NCBI GenBank assembly: GCA_963721685.1
Contig: CAVRJJ010000002.1
Location: 8,848-72,847, forward strand
Length of the DNA stretch: 64,000 bases
From: an uncultured bacterium
GTDB lineage: Bacteria; Patescibacteriota; Saccharimonadia; UBA4664; SCTI01
Direction: 5' to 3'
Shown: piece by piece, positions 62,984-64,000 of the stretch
Layout of the letters: every line of letters begins with the position of its first letter
Position numbering within the stretch: the stretch's first letter is position 1
Translations under genes and position numbers: made by a program
The notes under the pieces: generated by a model
Seen by the model: the letters and a program-made list of their open reading frames with translations, nothing else
What the model was told of the DNA's origin: nothing
The model's database searches: none

Positions 62984-64000
62984 TCAGCTTAGCGCGGTGA
63001 TTAGCTAGTATTCGAGGAGTAAGCGTGGCACTGCCGCTTACTCCGGTTACCACATAATCCAGAGTAACCGCCGCCGGAACCACTCCCGTCATTTCTTGGT
63101 AAGCCAAGGCGTAGGTTCTTAGCTGTAAGCTGTTTTTAGCGGTCCGGCTAAGGCTTTCCGGGTCGGTTTTGCGCCCCGTTTTAAAATCTTTAAGCTCAAT
63201 TCCCTCAGGTGTTGTGAAAACCGCATCAATACGGCCTTTGATCCTTAGCTTAGCTTCGGGTATTTCCAGGGTAAATGGTAGTTCGGAGGCAGTTATCTCA
63301 AAATTATGATTTTTGTCATTTTCCTGTTCCCGTTGTAAAAAATTCTCAATTGTTTCTTGAGCTATCTGTTTGGCGGCATTAGCCTGCTGGCGGTTTTGGT
63401 AACCCTGACCGTTCCAACCTTCCTCTAGACGGTGCATCAACTCGGCTTTATCAAGCTTTTCACCGCGAAGCTCAGATTGGTAATACTCCTGTATAATTTT
63501 ATGCACGACTGTCCCAAATGCCAGCTGGGGCCCATAGGGCTGAGTGATTCCCAGCACTTGTTCCAGATAAAAATCATAGGGACAAAAATCATAACTGGCC
63601 AGCGCGCTGACATTGAGCTCCACCCATCCATCGGCTGACTCAAACGGCAAGCGATCAGCTTGCTTATCTTGAAGCGGGTAAAATCGTTGTAGGCCGCGCA
63701 TTGCCCCCTTCACATCCGCGGGAGTAGACGATGCTTTGGAAGCTGCACTATCAACCGCGCCCACCAACTCTTCCACCAACGGCGAAGTTGCTTGCCTGGT
63801 CCCGCCGGCGGTAGTGGTGGGGGCGCTTACCATCAGGCACTTCCGCGCTCGGGTTGCCGCCACATACATTAACCGGCGCAGTTCATGCTCCGGCGGTAAG
63901 TCGGCTTGACCCAGCAAAGCCCCCGGTATTTCCAGCCCTTGGGCTTGGCGGTTAGACCAGTTGGCCCGGGTACAGTTGATAAGGAAAACCGTATTGAATT
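62853..64000 (-). CDS. C-terminal part of a UvrD-family helicase fused to a PD-(D/E)XK (Cas4/AddB-like) nuclease domain; the gene continues beyond the window
   Basis: In frame up to the window edge: …IPGALLGQADLPPEHELRRLMYVAATRARKCLMV (helicase motif VI region). Nuclease-domain hallmarks follow (YDFCPYDFYLEQVLG…RIDAVFTTPEGIELKDFKTGRK…CAAIRYYG). Confidence 0.6.
   Translation of the reverse strand, partial: FNTVFLINCTRANWSNRQAQGLEIPGALLGQADLPPEHELRRLMYVAATRARKCLMVSAPTTTAGGTRQATSPLVEELVGAVDSAASKASSTPADVKGAMRGLQRFYPLQDKQADRLPFESADGWVELNVSALASYDFCPYDFYLEQVLGITQPYGPQLAFGTVVHKIIQEYYQSELRGEKLDKAELMHRLEEGWNGQGYQNRQQANAAKQIAQETIENFLQREQENDKNHNFEITASELPFTLEIPEAKLRIKGRIDAVFTTPEGIELKDFKTGRKTDPESLSRTAKNSLQLRTYALAYQEMTGVVPAAVTLDYVVTGVSGSATLTPRILANHRAKLSELAAAIRERSFAPKVSNIHQCAAIRYYGTGEEGEQQLERARA

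Overview
This is a roughly 50% GC bacterial chromosomal segment with no recognisable CRISPR array, transposase or integrase. An LPXTG-anchored protein points to a monoderm host; the split, insertion-bearing rRNA genes would fit a small-genome lineage such as Saccharibacteria/CPR, but that is a guess.

Main content, in window order:
- A split rRNA locus lies on the minus strand: the 16S gene (10125-11730) stands alone with its own terminator, and the 23S-5S pair (1072-4757) lies 5.3 kb downstream. The gap carries guaB, a plus-strand (inverted) tRNA-Ile(GAT)/tRNA-Ala(TGC) pair, an HD hydrolase and a P-loop kinase.
- Both rRNAs are longer than typical: the 23S has a ~320-nt AT-rich insertion in domain I and the 16S a ~100-nt insertion in helix V1.
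- A housekeeping block follows: gyrB-gyrA, pheS-pheT, trpS, rmuC, an M20 peptidase, an L,D-transpeptidase and tRNA-Pro(CGG). pheT, trpS, the M20 peptidase and a SpoU methylase all carry frameshifts, so the assembly looks indel-prone and ORF boundaries are uncertain.

Three accessory regions stand out:
- At 13-18 kb, five secreted or membrane Asn/Thr/Gly-rich proteins share a 'TGPGS(I/T)N ... SGDATVANNT.AG.A.SG' repeat.
- At 23-32 kb, an LPXTG poly-proline surface protein sits beside a minus-strand operon: L,D-transpeptidase, a PH-domain membrane protein, a P/Q-rich protein, and a membrane-anchored TraD/TrwB/VirD4-like (FtsK-HerA superfamily) ATPase with an ~830-aa Pro/Ala-rich disordered tail.
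- At 43-61 kb, eight same-strand genes form an ~18-kb array. Small signal-peptide proteins resembling Firmicute WxL and DUF916/DUF3324 (Csc) cell-surface complex components are interleaved with a 736-aa Ig-like polytopic membrane protein and two giant proteins. The 2441-aa giant combines LVIVD blades, 16 Asp-box-like 38-aa repeats and a tail-fibre-like C-terminus; the 1396-aa one is tail-fibre-like. I consider this array the best candidate for an undescribed surface-attachment system.

Also present: a ~2.5-kb higher-GC islet (40.5-43.1 kb) with a secreted HExxH metalloprotease lipoprotein, and several GC-rich or heavily structured intergenic blocks that may hold unannotated ncRNAs.
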